A DNA stretch of 64,000 bases from Gnetum montanum (taxonomy: Eukaryota; Plantae; Gnetophyta). Position numbers and translations under genes: made by a program. Positions 1 to 12,999 of this stretch are shown here, one piece after another (the first letter of the stretch is position 1; each line of letters opens with the position of its first letter). The stretch spans positions 376,638 through 440,637 of the forward strand of contig MNCI01002038.1 in the NCBI GenBank assembly GCA_015680685.1, given 5' to 3'. The notes under the pieces are model-generated. The model was given only the letters and a program-made list of their open reading frames with translations, was not told the origin of the DNA and did no database searches.

Positions 1-135
1 ATTGTTTGAAATTTCGTCTTTCTCTTATTCTTACGTNATAAGCATTTTGTAATTATAATCTTCATTCTTTGCCCATTGTTTGAAATTTCGTCTTTCTCTT
101 ATTCTTACGTTGATTATCTCTTTTTGCATTTTCAG

Positions 136-237
136 GATCAAGGTAGTGACGATGTCTACGAAGCTGGTCCTAGTGAAGCGGGGGTCCATGATGCTAGCGG
201 GTCTAAAGGGGATGACCCTCCCTCCCCAGATGTTTAG
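136..237 (+). CDS. Putative terminal exon of an antisense gene carried by Tat copy 1 (DQGSDDVYEAGPSEAGVHDASGSKGDDPPSPDV*)
   Basis: GC-rich 34-codon open frame after a pyrimidine tract and ttttcag acceptor, ending in TAG, in AT-rich flanks. Same position and orientation as the antisense frames in copies 2 and 3. Confidence 0.5.
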   Translation, partial: DQGSDDVYEAGPSEAGVHDASGSKGDDPPSPDV

Positions 238-556
238 TTTATTTTAGTTTTTATCATTTTGTGTTGTTGTGAAACTACTCTGACTCAAATTTATACGGGA
301 ATTGTAAATTGAGATGAATGAAACTAGTTAACTCTTGTACTTGTATATTATTTCATGTATGAAAAACATTTTTTTTGGTTGATTTTGAGTTTAATTGTAA
401 ACATGACACGACAATGTAAAATGTTTTGGTTGTTTTTTTTTGTTTTTCTTTTTTGTGGTGTTTTGTTTTGTTTTCTTGAGAGTAATGCATGAATGTAATC
501 ATAAGTCGAAGTATAACGATAAACGAAAGAGGAAAAGAAGCTATAAGTGTGTGATC

Positions 557-640
557 TAGTTTAAGGCCATTTCGGGCTAGATTCGCACTAGTTTAAGGCC
601 ATTTCGGGCCACATGTGTAGTTTAAGGCCATTTCGGGCCC
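557..640. repeat. Post-protease repeat array, 3 x TAGTTTAAGGCCATTTCGGGC
   Basis: Three identical 21-bp units separated by 8-11 bp of variable sequence. Confidence 0.9.
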
Positions 641-878
641 CAGTCGTAAACAAGGAACATTTCGAATGACATGGGTGGATTTCTCGGTTGACCGACCATT
701 TCTGATCGTGGCTAGTTTTATGTCATTGCGGACATGATAGTTTAACATCATTCCAGACAGGTTATGTTGTTATTATTTTAGTAGTTTTTTTATTTTTCTT
801 ATTTTTATGTTAGGCGATGTGTCAGTGGGTACGATTCTATATTCGGTGTCCCCTTCGCTAATTATGTTGAAAGGTAAC

Positions 879-1694
879 TCAGCCCAAGGGACGTCTGATG
901 GAATGGTTCCNNNNNNNNNNNNNNNNNNNNNNNNNNNNNNNNNNNNNNNNNNNNNNNNNNNNNNNNNNNNNNNNNNNNNNNNNNNNNNNNNNNNNNNNNN
1001 NNNNNNNNNNNNNNNNNNNNNNNNNNNNNNNNNNNNNNNNNNNNNNNNNNNNNNNNNNNNNNNNNNNNNNNNNNNNNNNNNNNNNNNNNNNNNNNNNNNN
1101 NNNNNNNNNNNNNNNNNNNNNNNNNNNNNNNNNNNNNNNNNNNNNNNNNNNNNNNNNNNNNNNNNNNNNNNNNNNNNNNNNNNNNNNNNNNNNNNNNNNN
1201 NNNNNNNNNNNNNNNNNNNNNATGGGATATGGTATTACGTTTGTGGCAGCTCCATTATCCACGTGGACCCTATGTATTTTGAATTGGTTTACACGTATTT
1301 TTATGAACATAGGGCCCATTGTTATCTCCCCTGTTTTCTTATCCACCTTGATGTTATCGTTATGAAAACTTAACGGTTTGGAAGTTGTCCCTTGGGGCGA
1401 GTACATTACCACATGAATCGAAGGTTCATTTGGGGGTAAGTCCTCACTTACTGGGATCAACATTAACATGCGCACCAAAGCTTCACGATGTGTTTGCGAT
1501 GTTAAAACTAAGTCATACAAGCTTAATGAAGTATTCTTTTGTTTGAGTGCTTGCGTGACTTGTGTTAAGGCTGTTGCTAAGTCTCTACTATTGGGCGTGT
1601 TTTTATCGGTAGTGACTTGGTCCATTGGGCCCAACAGTTTTATTTCATGCATCGTTTGTTTCTCATTTTGACCCGGGATTGTTGATTTAGACAT
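879..1694 (-). pseudogene. Retrotransposon aspartic protease region (spans an N gap)
   Basis: LSLYDLVLTSQTHREALVRML pre-protease block and IHRVHVDNGAATNVIP active-site motif. Confidence 0.85.
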
Positions 1695-2270
1695 ATCCTA
1701 TTTTCTGGATGGTTCGCCTTCATGTCCCATGTTTGGTTGACTGTTAGGTGGCATCATGGGTATTGCGTTAAGCGGAGTGGGTTTAGATGGCCCTACAGCT
1801 AACTATTGATGCTCCTTCTCCAAGCGTTCCCATGTAAGCTTATCCGCTAAGCATTCTCATGTGTGGCGTGGGGGCACAGTTAATTTTGAGGCCTCAAGTT
1901 GCCTTGGGATTCGTACGACGTATGGAGTCGAGTGGGATTGCGATTAGACAGTCGGATGTGGTTGAGCAGAAGGTTGGCTGGGCACCCTGATGACGTAAGG
2001 ACTGGGTTTACTTTGCGTTTGGGAGGTGGAGGGTTGGAAATCATTAGGACCTTCGGGTGTCCTAACAACGTATGGGGTTGGTTTGGGCGGAGGTTGGATC
2101 TCCGCTATTGCGACTGTGGGTGGTACTCAGACTATCAAAGGGGCAGGCCGAGTAGGAGGGGTTGGCAGAATTGAGGCAGTGACGGTAGGAGGTACACGCA
2201 CCACGTATGGTTTTTCACGTGTCATGGTGTTGGAAGTCGCTACGGCAGAGGGTACGCGGACAACATATGG

Positions 2271-4700
2271 CTACTGCAGGGTGTATGATGATTGAGGCAT
2301 GGATGTTGATGCAGTAGGAGGAATACGTACTACAAATGGCTTGTTAGGAGTTTGTTGTTCATAGTCAGAGTAGACAGTGTTAACGCTCGACATTTCAGGT
2401 TCATTATCTAGGCAGATTTTGTTAATAACGTACGGTGCATCTTTGGTATTCATAGGATCTTTATACACTCCCATAGCCTGGTTCTGCGGTTGGACTGGGT
2501 TGGCCTCATCAAAATTGATTTGGCCCTTGTCAATCATTCGTTGTATATCTTGTTTCAGGATGAAACAGTAATCTGTGCCATGCCCATTACATTGGTGATA
2601 GTCGCAGAAGCGGTCCATCCTAAAACCTTTGGGTACTGGGGGCTCATCTGGCATTGCTAAGCTTGGGCTCTGAACCAGTTGATAGAACCGGTCATGTCTC
2701 TGGATAGCAGCAGGGGATAACTATTTGTGTTTCATTAATCCAGCTTTCAGTAGTTGGTCAAATAGCTGGGATGGCTTCATAGGCAGTGGCGTATATTGGG
2801 AGGGTTCTTTTCTCTTAAGGTTTCTCGTACGGTTTTGTGTTGGGTTCTGCGATGATGATGATTCTGGTGCAGTCACGAGAGTAGGTTTAGTATAATTAGT
2901 GGGGGCCACTGGGGGTTTGTTTTGTTGTGCTACATTTGGTTGTTGTGTTTCCGCTATTGCCGCTATAGTTGCTTTAGCCTTTTCTTTATCCTTTTTACTA
3001 TGTTGATTTTTAAAGGCTAGATACGCAGGATCGTGGCTATTTTGAGCTTCCTCCTCTATATTTTTAATTTGTACAAAGGCTTGGTTAAGGTTACGCGTAT
3101 TGAGGCAATATAGCTTAGATTTGAAAAAATCGTTAACAGCCCCCTTTAGAATGGTGAGCAGATATGTCTGTGGGATTGGCTTGTGTAGCTCATTGAGAGT
3201 GGCACTCCACCTTTGGATAAATTTTTGTACAGGTTCCAGAGGTGCTTGTTTAACTTGTATAAGGCTGTCAAGTGTCGCTTTAGGTTTCAAGTTATACTTG
3301 AACCTAATCAAGAATTGATGTAACAGCTCTTCCAGGGAAAATATGGAATTTCTTGGCAAGGCTCGGTACCAATCAAGTGCTCTCCCCGCGAGGGACATAG
3401 GGAACACTCGCAAAATGGCATGGGATCACGCCTGAAGTAATGCGCATTCTAGTCTAAATGTTATAAGGTGAGCATTGGGGTCTGTTTCCCTGTTATATTT
3501 AGTTAGTGTAGGCAATGATATACCTTTGAGCAAGGTTAGGGGCGGGACAAAAGGGCTGATGGGGTCATCGTGGTAAAAGTCCACTACCTTCAACTCTCCG
3601 TCAGCAGCCGTTTTAAGGCGTTTGATCTCGTCAGTTAGTTCTTGCATTAGTTTTTTAGCATCTGCCCAGTCTTGGGCACTAGGTGACATGGCAGCATGAG
3701 AATGTGGTACATTGTACAGATTGGACTGTTGGATAGTAGGTTGGAAGGCTGAAAGCTGTGCGGTCGGCGGTTGTGCTTATGGAATATTTATAGCAGGTGG
3801 TACTAAGGGTGGCATATTGTAAGCGAGGGGTTGTTGCTATGGTTGCCCTTGAGGAATATTGGCTGGTGGAATCGTGTGCGGTGGCATGTTGTAGTGAGAG
3901 GGTAGATGTGGTTGAGCACCCATCGTTGCCCATTGCCCGGTCATGTTTTGTGGAGGAACCCCCTGTTGGGTTACAGCGGTGGAAGGGGCTCCTTGCGTTT
4001 GGATGTGGGGGATATAGTGAGCGGACATAGATGCCAGTATCACATGTGGCATCTCGATCACTCGAGGTGGGAAGGTTGCTCCCACGTTATTGTGAGGGGG
4101 TGGTACTTGCGAGGATGGGCCTGCGACTGCAGCGGGGATGATAGCGAGAGGGAGCATACTGAATTACGGGTCAGTTGCAGGAGGAACATAAACAAGTGCG
4201 GATGTTTCTGGCGGAGGTATTTGTGCTTAGGTGAACCTAAGGGGTTGGAGGGGCATGATTTCCCCTGTGCTTGGATGAAACATGGGGTTGATATGGGTTT
4301 GTGGACTAAGGGTGTGATATGAGTCTTCATGTTTGGATTGGGCAGCAAAGTCATCCTCCTCTTCCAGTTGAGGATCTACTGCAGGCTGATCCTGAGATAG
4401 ACTCCTTTGCAGGAGGAGTTGTGTGATGAGCTCAGAGTAAGGCTCCGGGATAGGGATGACATCGTACAGGGAAGGAATAAACTCTTGCCCTCCCCTGTAG
4501 AAGAGTTCGTACTACCTCTTGAATTCTATTTCGATTCAGTCCACGGCTAGGCCAGCTTTTATTTTCATGCATATGAAGTTGTATTGGTCTTGAGTTATAA
4601 CGTTGGATGATGGGTTCCTCCCTTGCAACCTAAGGGACCGGCGAGGCNATTGGATGATGGGTTCCTCCCTTGCAACCTAAGGGACCGGCGAGGCCCCGCT
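2271..4700 (-). pseudogene. Gag (N-terminal domain, Pro-rich linker, capsid, C-x2-H-x4-H-x4-C knuckle), interrupted by stops
   Basis: ORFs 3426-3689 (KYNRETDPNAHL), 2721-3413 (FPMSLAGRALDWY) and 2271-2654 (FCDYHQCNGHGTDYCFILKQDIQRMIDKG). Confidence 0.88.
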
Positions 4701-4859
4701 GTGGGTTATGCCGCAGGCTGTTGGACTGCGGGCTGTTGAACAACCATGGTGCCTACGATGTTGGTGACCTGGGTGGTTGTAGCAGTGGTGTTTGCGGCGT
4801 TCATGATGACAAGTTGAGGATGTGACACAATGTAGAGATGTGAAGTCAATGTGCTTAGT

Positions 4860-5500
4860 GTAGCATAAACCTACGTTGGCAGTGTACAACGTATACGCTT
4901 CAATGACCGGCATATGACAACAGCGTATACAGCGTCTAGGTATGCAGCGTATAGTGTCAATGTAGAGAATCTACAGCATAAAGAGTAGAGCGTATACACT
5001 ACGCAGCGTATACAGTGTAAGCGTGCAGCATAAACAGGGTTACAGCGTACAGAGTATATTGTATCTATACGGTAGCATAAACGAGTTTACAGCGTAGGAT
5101 ATTCAGCGTAAACTTAGCAGTGGCATATACAACGTGGACAGAGTCTTGTGTGCAGCGTAGACAAGGTCTACAGCGTAAAGTGGGCAGCGTGTGTATTATC
5201 AGCATAAACAGAGTTGTGTGTGTGCAGTGTAGACAAAGTCTGCAGCGTAAATCGTGCAGTGTATATGTGGCAGCATAGACGCTGGGAGTTCTGCAGACAG
5301 AGTCAGCGTATGGTTGACAGCGTAGACATTGGGAGACTTGCAAATGGTAGGGTTTGAATGGAGCAGTGTAGACGCTAAGCAGTGTAGACGCTGGATAGTT
5401 TGCTGACTGGGTTTTAAACTGAGCAGCGTAAACGTTGGGAGGTTTTCGGGAGGAATCAACGTATGGTCGACAGCGTAAACACCCAACAGTGTAAACGCTA
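4860..5500. repeat. Degenerate CAGCGTA(A/G/T)AC motif array in the leader of Tat copy 1
   Basis: Many cagcgta/cagcata/cagtgta units visible; explains the spurious YA/YT-rich ORFs here. Confidence 0.8.
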
Positions 5501-5531
5501 GGAAGCTTGCAGGTAAGGTTTTAGGCAGAGG

Positions 5532-5548
5532 CCCTCCTTCTAGCACCA
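5532..5548 (-). promoter_or_regulatory. Primer-binding site TGGTGCTAGAAGGAGGG
   Basis: Begins 5 nt inside the LTR end (...GGTACA); matches the PBS of copies 2 and 3. Confidence 0.8.
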
Positions 5549-5553
5549 ATTGC

Positions 5554-6978
5554 TGTACCATCAGAAATCGTCGGTCTCCAGCTGGAAGGAAACAGAGACC
5601 ATCAGATCACCGGACATGCATAGATGACCCTACCTTCGCCTGAGGATGAGCTGGAATGAATGAAGGCAAAGTACCTTGGGTGGTCCGCACACGTATCAGA
5701 CAAGAATTTCCCCAAACGTACACCGAAGTGCAATACGCTGGGTTATATGTAAACAGCATAACAAGCGTAAACAGCGTAACTGGTGCGAATAGAGCGTAAA
5801 CATAAACGAGAGTAAACAGAATACATGCAACAATTAATGCAAACTGTAAACGATTTTAGGAAGAAAATGTAACAATGGCATTTCAAAATGAGAGTACAAT
5901 GCATCGGTCTAACGTAGTTGTGACTGGGACACAAGGTGGACGAAAAGCCCCAGTGAACGCAAGGATGACTGTGGGCTGGTTCACACTGTAAGCATAGCGT
6001 AAAAGTTGTATGCTTAGCGTACAGGTTTCTCCAGCGTATAAGGTTCTCTACTCTATTTCTCAGCGTCTTTGCTCTGGTTTTTGCTCTAGAATTTGCCAAC
6101 CGACCTGGATCTAGTGAAAAATTGGGGCTTTTATACAGGTTTTGACGTTAAACTTGGGTTGGGTGACAGATGGCGTGTTGACCGGGTGCAAAAGTGTAAA
6201 ATTTATAAGTGTACAATATGTTACATTTACTGGGCGTATACGTTGAGTGTATACGCTGTATCAGGTGAGCGTAGACTCTGGGCATATACATTGGGCATAT
6301 ACGCTGGATGTGCTGGGCGTATGTGAACTTGGGCGTGGATGTTGTGGGCGCTAGGAGTATATGCTGGGCATATACGCTAATGGTGTCTTGGACGTATATG
6401 CCGTGGTGTATAATGATGGTTGCTGCCTTGTACCAAGTCTTGTTCTGCAGTGCTGTTTCCATGTCATCTTCGGGGATTGCATGTCAGGCGTATGCATTAG
6501 TCGTACAAGTTGGACGTACTTGTGGGGAGTGTATGTTGGTCATGCACGCTGGGCGTATACGCTGGACATATACGCAGTGAACTTCAGGCGTATACGCTAA
6601 GAATGTCAAGCGTATATGCTAGGCGTATACGCTGTGGATGTCGGACGTATACGCTGTGGATGTGAACTTGAGCGTATACGCTGGGTGTATATGCTGGGAA
6701 TGCATACTTAGTGAAGTTAAATATATGATCTCTGAAGTTTCCATGTTTGATACCAGATGTAGTCGTGGTCGTCTGCAGGTCGCAGTGACCTGCTTCATGT
6801 TGGAAAAGTACTAAGCTCGAAATTTTGTAGTATTTCAGTTGGGTATTTTTCAAACCAAGAAAAGACTGAAAGGATGAAAAGGGTGTGACTTCAAGGGGAT
6901 TTAATGCATTTGTGCTGGCCATTCTCTTAGGTGCTTGGATGCTTTTTCTTGGGTTTTCCACCATTCTGACATTGTTCA
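5554..6978 (-). repeat. 5' LTR of Tat copy 1, with an AGCGTATACGCT palindrome array (~6230-6700)
   Basis: Inner CA end next to the PBS. The outer end (TGAACAATG on minus) is inferred from the TG terminus and a composition change; the partner LTR is outside the window. Confidence 0.6.
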
Positions 6979-9243
6979 AAAATCAGGAAGCCAAGTGAAT
7001 AAAAATAAGTCTTTGCATGGTGTGGTTCTCACGCAAAAAAAAAAGGAAAGAAGAAAAAAAGTGAGAATTTAAAGCACACCCCTTAGACATAATAAAGCAA
7101 TATGGGTTACAAGAACTGGTTATGGAACTAGAAAGACATGTTACCCATGCCTAAAGGTTTCCTCTAACTAAGGCCCTTTCTCACTTCCTACTTCTCCATC
7201 TCACTCTCCTTAGAATGGTGGTGACTCTTTGTGGAAGCAGTCTTGTTGCTTCAAGTGGATGGATTGGTCAAGTGTGTTGATGCAAGGTCATTGGATGTGA
7301 TTTGTTTGAGTCTGTATTTGGGATGAGTTCTACTTAATCACGTTAACCATAAAATACACAAGTGACTTTACACAACCTTGTTCTTGGGATTCCATTCCAT
7401 TCTCTCCTCTCCATCTTTCTTCCCATTTTCCACCTCATTTCTGATTTTATCATTAGTCTATTCTGGGTTGATGCATTTTTTTTTGGTGAATTCTTGTGGG
7501 TAAGTTTTTAACTCTTGCTTCCAAATGACATTCCTAGAGCCTATGGACTCTTTGGTTTATGGGTTTGTCGGGGCATAAAAGGCATGAGCCTACTTTGGGG
7601 AGGACCCACTGGCATTTCTTATTAGTGCAATTGTTAACTTTGTTCCCTTAAACATTTCCTACAATCAATCATTTCTTGTTTCATCCCTATCCATGACATC
7701 CATTTTATTGACGTTGCCATTGATATTTTTTCCCATCTTTCTTGTTCCTCATATTTTTCCATCTTATAGCTACCGGAGGTTCGCTCTTATGTGTGGGGGC
7801 CCTAGCACAAATTTTTCAATTTTCTCCATTTTAATATTTGCCTAACCCCTATACCTTGGGTAGTCACCTGTGATAAATCTCCGAACTAGTTTCTGCCATA
7901 ACCACAACTCAGCTAATGCGCTTCATATCGAGGCAAGGTATCAACTGCATTATGATTTATCTATCCTTGCTCATTTGTAACTATGTTGTGTGTGTAGATG
8001 GCGATCATATAAACAATGGACTGGGCTTGGAGGAAGTACTCAGGATGGATCGAAACTAGAGCATTTATGAAAGGAGAAAGTCTAGTGGTGTGGCTATGGA
8101 TAAACAACAAAAGGTACAATCTTAGCATTGGCGGCAACACGCTTCATTTTCTTTCTCTCTCTTTCACTACAAGTTGCCAAATAAAGGCTTGGATGTCATT
8201 TATGTACAAGTGTTCACCAAAATGGTCATGAACACTAATGTTGTAATATGCTTATTGATCCGTTCACTGGGCACGTTGAGTCTATCATCCCATTCCACTG
8301 TTAGTTGTCAATTAGTCAATAATCCCATACCTTCCTAATATTTTGTAAGGAACTCGAGGATGAGTTTTCATTCAGTGGTGGGGGTATGATGAGAGTGGTT
8401 ACTCTAGCAATTTATTCTCACTATTAGAGTGGCAATTTCTCTAAAATTAGGGTGGCAATTTCTCTAAAATTAGAATGGCAGTTTTTCTAATTATTAGAGT
8501 AGTTTCTCCCAAGCCTATAAATATAATGCCTAGATGCACAATTTAGGGAAGAAGCCTTAGGAGGAGAATCTGGGAAGGAAATCTTTCAAGGGAAGTCTTT
8601 TAGGAGTCAAGTTAGAGTATTTTCCAAGTGCCCACAGTAGGAGGTCTAAGTGTGGATGGATCTTTATTCGAGCATTGTGTACCTGAGCACACCTTATGTA
8701 CAACAATAAAGACGAGCTCTTGGATTCATCCTTACAGCACTTGAGATTTGTTTTTTTACTCATTTTCTTTATTTTATTTTATTATTTTATTTTATTTTAT
8801 GCACTTTACATTTCTGTTATTAGCACACACAATACAATCACTTCGAGCATGTGTGTAACACTTGGTAACCTAGTAACGATTAGCGTTTGATAATCCCAAT
8901 AGTGTTGCGTTGGTTCAAGATGTGTATGGCAAGTGAGAATGGATACTGGTGTTAGGATTATTTTAAAGCCTAGTTAATCAATAGTTAAGTTAAATTAGTC
9001 ACTTAGTTATCTCTCTCTCTCCTCCCTTATTAGCAACAGGACATAAAAGCTATAAAAATCATATGCCTCACTTACTTAACCATACAATCGTGACATATAA
9101 GTAAGTTTGGGAAGACAATGATCAACCAACCCGTCCTTGTTCCACAAAGGCACATAGGCACTTAGTCCTTGGAATTCGACCAGATCATGCATAAAACGCT
9201 TGTATTCATATGGTTGAGTGTAGGGGTACCTCGCTGCTCATCA
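6979..9243 (+). mobile_element. 3' end of an Athila-like element (3' non-coding region, PPT, 3' LTR)
   Basis: PPT TGGTGGGGGTA at 8376-8386 followed by a TGATGAG...CTCATCA LTR; homologous in reverse to 63168-64000. Confidence 0.8.
8387..9243 (+). repeat. Athila-like 3' LTR (857 bp)
   Basis: TGATGAG/CTCATCA inverted termini, TATAAA box near 8516, homology to 63168-63943. Confidence 0.85.
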
Positions 9244-10801
9244 CAATTCTTGTAGAAATTTTTTTCTAAGTGTTGGGACTATGCTCTCCACTACCTTAGA
9301 GCATAGTCAGCCTTTGATGGAGAGCATAGTTAGCACAAAAGCCAACTTTTGTAATTTTGTCTAAGTATTAGCACAAAGCCAATTGCAGCAAATTTTTTCT
9401 GTGTGTTGGGACTACACTCTTCAATACCCCAAAGCATGGTTAGCTTCTCGTGGAGAGCGTAGTCAGCATGAAGGCTCAGTTTTCATAGATTATTTCCAAG
9501 TGTTGAGACTATGCTCTTTCCCAACCCATAGCGTAGTCAAGCATAGTCAACTAGAAGCCAATTTCTATACGTTTCGATAAGTACTAGGACTATGCTCACC
9601 CCCAGTCAAGAGTGTAGTCAACCTCTAGTGGAGAGCATATTCAACACATGACCAGTTTTTTGCAAATTTTTCTAAGTATGGGACTATGCTCTCCCCTAGT
9701 CCAAAGCATAGTCAAGTTTAGTTAGCCAAAACAGCCTCTAGAGACCTCTACAATGTAGCACCAACACTCAGCTAAGCTCCAACTCACCTTTGGCAAGCAT
9801 AGTTAGCAAAATGCATCTTTTTTGTATTCCATTTTATCCCTAAAATTGTAACTATGCTCAACCCCATGCAATATAGTGAAGAGTGTAGTCTTAGAGCGTA
9901 GTCTTCAAAATTTCACTTTTAGGTACCTTGCAGTCCTCTTGGCACATGCACATGCAGTTGGTAGTGTAGTCATAGTCTTGCAGTCTCACAGAGTTTGGTA
10001 GAGCACAATAAAGCACAACACCACTAGCCTAGTGAAGAGTGTAGTTTGGTGACGGTGTAGTCTCAACTATCTCCCTTGCCACATGGCAGCCATCCCACAT
10101 TTCATGCTAAACCTAACCCTATAAATTACTCCTACCCTCAACATTTTCAGGGTTGGAAAACTTGAGAATTAGCAAATCGAAGACTTAGCAAACCTAAGGA
10201 GTGCTTGAGAGAGAACCAAGGCATATCGATGAAGTTACAAACCATCACAACCCAATGCAATCCACTAGAACATTACAGCCAATGATACATCGCAACAACA
10301 AACTAGGTAGGCACAAACACCTTGGAGAAATGCTAGTCTTTGTAGCTAGAAACCCTTGATACTGTGACTACGTTGTCCATTGCACCTATTTTACACCATG
10401 TACCTTCTAACCCCATTTGGGGTGGTGTTCTTCTTCTCTCTCTCTCTCTTTGCATTTTTAGCATTTCATTTGCACTTTTCTATATTTCATCGTATAGCTA
10501 TGCCTACAAGTATGCTTGGGCAATGGTCTCCACATGTTGACACCCTCATTTTCACTGAAAAACTTGACTACGCTCAACACCGTTAACACTATTAACACCA
10601 TTTGAACACTTACCACAATTTCACATCAACATCGCAGCTAACCACGCTACACCTAATTACATCCAGTAAGTCCTTGTTTGATTGACAAGACCATTCAGGG
10701 CATCCCATCTCCACCTCCAGTAGGCCCTAGTGTAGATTTAGGGTTAGGCTGTGCACCTATCAACCTTGATGTTCCAATCGCCAACATTTTCAGTTGCTAC
10801 A
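9244..10801 (+). repeat. Tat-family LTR (solo or 3' LTR), 5' tip displaced by the Athila insertion
   Basis: Related to the LTRs of copy 3 (ACTACGCTC/GAGCGTAGT array; GTAAGTCC..TTGATTGACAAGACCAT block). Ends ...GCTACA with no PBS following. Confidence 0.8.
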
Positions 10802-11807
10802 CCATTGACTTCACAACCTTAAGATGGTCTGGTCACATAAGAAAACTATCCACTTGGTTTGAAAATAAAATTCTAATTGTTGAAGCTGAGCCACTTACTT
10901 ATGATAAAGTGTTTACATCTCTTTATCATAAATAATGGAAGTAAGCAATGGATGATGAAATGTCTGCTATTTATAAGAATAAGACATGGAAATTGGTTGA
11001 ACTTCCATCTAATAGAAAACTAATTGGATGTAGGTGGATGTTCAAAATTAAATTTGGTGACTAGTTTAAAGCATGTCTTGTTGCTAAGGATTATTCCCAA
11101 AAGAAGGGAATTGATTATGATAAAATCTTCTTCCCTATGGTAAAATTAACATCCATTAAATCATTGTTATCAATAGCAACAAATTATGATCTAGAACTTG
11201 AATAAATGGATGTAAAAATTGCTTTCCTCAATGGTGATCTTGAGGAGGAAATATATATGCTTCAACCTAAAGGGTATGAAGTGAAAGGAAAATAGCATAT
11301 GGTGTGTGAATTGTTAAGATCATTGTATGGGCTCAAACAAGCACTAAGGATGTGGAATAAAAACTTTAATGAACACATGTTAAATCTTGTCTTCATTAGA
11401 AGTTAGGAAGACTCTACTTATATGTCAAAAATAAAAATGAAAAACTCTTAATTTTATTGCTATATGTTGATGACATGTTAATATCAAGAAGTAACATAGA
11501 TGAAAATAAAAAGTTGAAACAACTTCTTTCTTCTCGATTTGAGATGAAAGATCTTGGTGCTATTAAAAACATTTTGGGCATGAAAATTAAAAACAAATAG
11601 GGGTAATAACAAACTTTGGGTTGGAAAATCTACATATGTGCAAAATATTTTAAAAATATATAATATGTAAGATTGTAAGCCTATGGCAATACCTTGTCAA
11701 ACTAGGATGAAACTCTTAATTAAACAATGCCCCAAGACAGATGATGAAAAAGAGCTCATGATAAAAATCCCATATCCTAGTGCTATCGATACTTTGATGT
11801 TTGTAAT
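10802..11807 (+). pseudogene. Ty1/Copia reverse transcriptase, 5' part
   Basis: EPLTY, AMDDEM..IYKNKTWKLV, FKACLVAK, MDVKIAFLNGDLEEEIYMLQP, SLYGLKQA and YVDDML motifs with stops; cut at LMFV|MVTTRPDI. Confidence 0.93.
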
Positions 11808-12611
11808 TAATGAGTGGAAAGGTACACCGACACTCAACCATACAAATATGAGTGTTACACACATGATTTGGTCAAACTCTATAGACGGATTAGTTGTGGC
11901 ATCTAGATAGTTAGCCTTAGGTCACAATTCGTTGTCTTCCCACCTGGACTAGTATTAGCTTTGTCACGTATGGTTTAGTTCAAAGTGAGGTGTATGATGT
12001 GTTTCTATGCTAATGCTACTCCTGAGGACAATGGGAAGTAATATTGAATAAGCTAAGAGAGAAAGGGTGAGAGAATCTAGCTAACCTAAGTGCAATGAGC
12101 ATCTATTCCTCGATTATCCATACACATCTTGAACTTCATGCACGAGTACCACTAAGATTACCAAGTGCAAATCCTAGGTATGCTACTAGGTTACCAAGTA
12201 GTCACACTTAAATGCTTGTATTCAAGTCGTACTCATTCCGCGTTAACAGGAGTTTAAGGGTGAGAAGAGATTAACTAGGAAAGCGGTAAATAACAATTAA
12301 ATAAATAATTAAGCTAAGTGAATGTTGCAATGATGAAGTAATCTCGATCTTTATTTCTGGTCATGTGTGTGTCCAAGTACGTCACACTAGAATAAGGATG
12401 CCATACAATTACAATCACCACACTGCGGGCATACACTGGGAGGAAAAGGATTGAGAGCAAAAATGAAAACTAAAACTAAAATTAAACTGATGAAGAAAAA
12501 ATCCCTATCGGAACTTTCTACCTCTTATTTATAGATGAGGAGACAGGCTGTGATATCGCGTACACGATATCACATATGTGATATCGTGGTTGACTAAATG
12601 AAGACTCATCA
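11808..12611 (-). repeat. 3' LTR of the Athila-like element
   Basis: Direct repeat of 32028-32819; PPT at 12612-12621. Confidence 0.92.
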
Positions 12612-12999
12612 TACCCCCACAACTGAATGAAAACTCGTCCTTGAGTTATAGTGAGAACAAGCTCCATTGATTACACAGTGGATAGGTACAGGATTATTGG
12701 ATGGTGAAAATGGGTTTATGCCACAATGTGGAGTCAAAATAGAATTGAGACACAACACAAAGAATATGCTACAATTGGTGGAACTCATGTAGTTCCTAGT
12801 GGCAGTGGCTCCTCCATAGGTGCTTTCCCCTTTTCTTGTGCTCCAGGTTTTGGGGTTTGATGACATTGAAGTATTGCCTGGAGTTTCTCTTCTTTGGTCT
12901 AGGGATCTTGTGTCATCCATGCTAATGTTCCAATGTTTAACGGAGTCGGCACTTCATATGGGCAGGGTAGTTGTGGAAACATTTGATTTGCCTTGACAT

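Larger units (their letters stand above)
1..6978 (-). mobile_element. Ty3/Gypsy Tat/Ogre-like LTR retrotransposon, copy 1 (5' part; continues off the left edge)
   Basis: On the minus strand: LTR, PBS TGGTGCTAGAAGGAGGG, gag (FPMSLAGRALDWY; CDYHQCNGHGTDYC knuckle) and protease (VHVDNGAATNV). Organisation matches copies 2 and 3. Confidence 0.88.

Noticed and set aside
1-110. Direct repeat ATTGTTTGAAATTTCGTCTTTCTCTTATTCTTACGT
   Set aside because: The first copy ends at a single N, typical of a contig-overlap artefact.
557-640. Repeat-spacer pattern resembling a mini CRISPR array (also 21147-21367 and 56098-56443)
   Set aside because: Spacers are short and irregular, there are no cas genes, and the context is a plant retrotransposon; kept only as a TE cis-repeat.
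4603-4694. Exact 45-bp duplication in the gag N-terminus
   Set aside because: The copies are separated by a single N; assembly overlap.
5065-6979. Several 80-130 aa ORFs rich in YA/YT/VYA
   Set aside because: They are translations of the AGCGTA motif arrays in the leader and LTR, not proteins.
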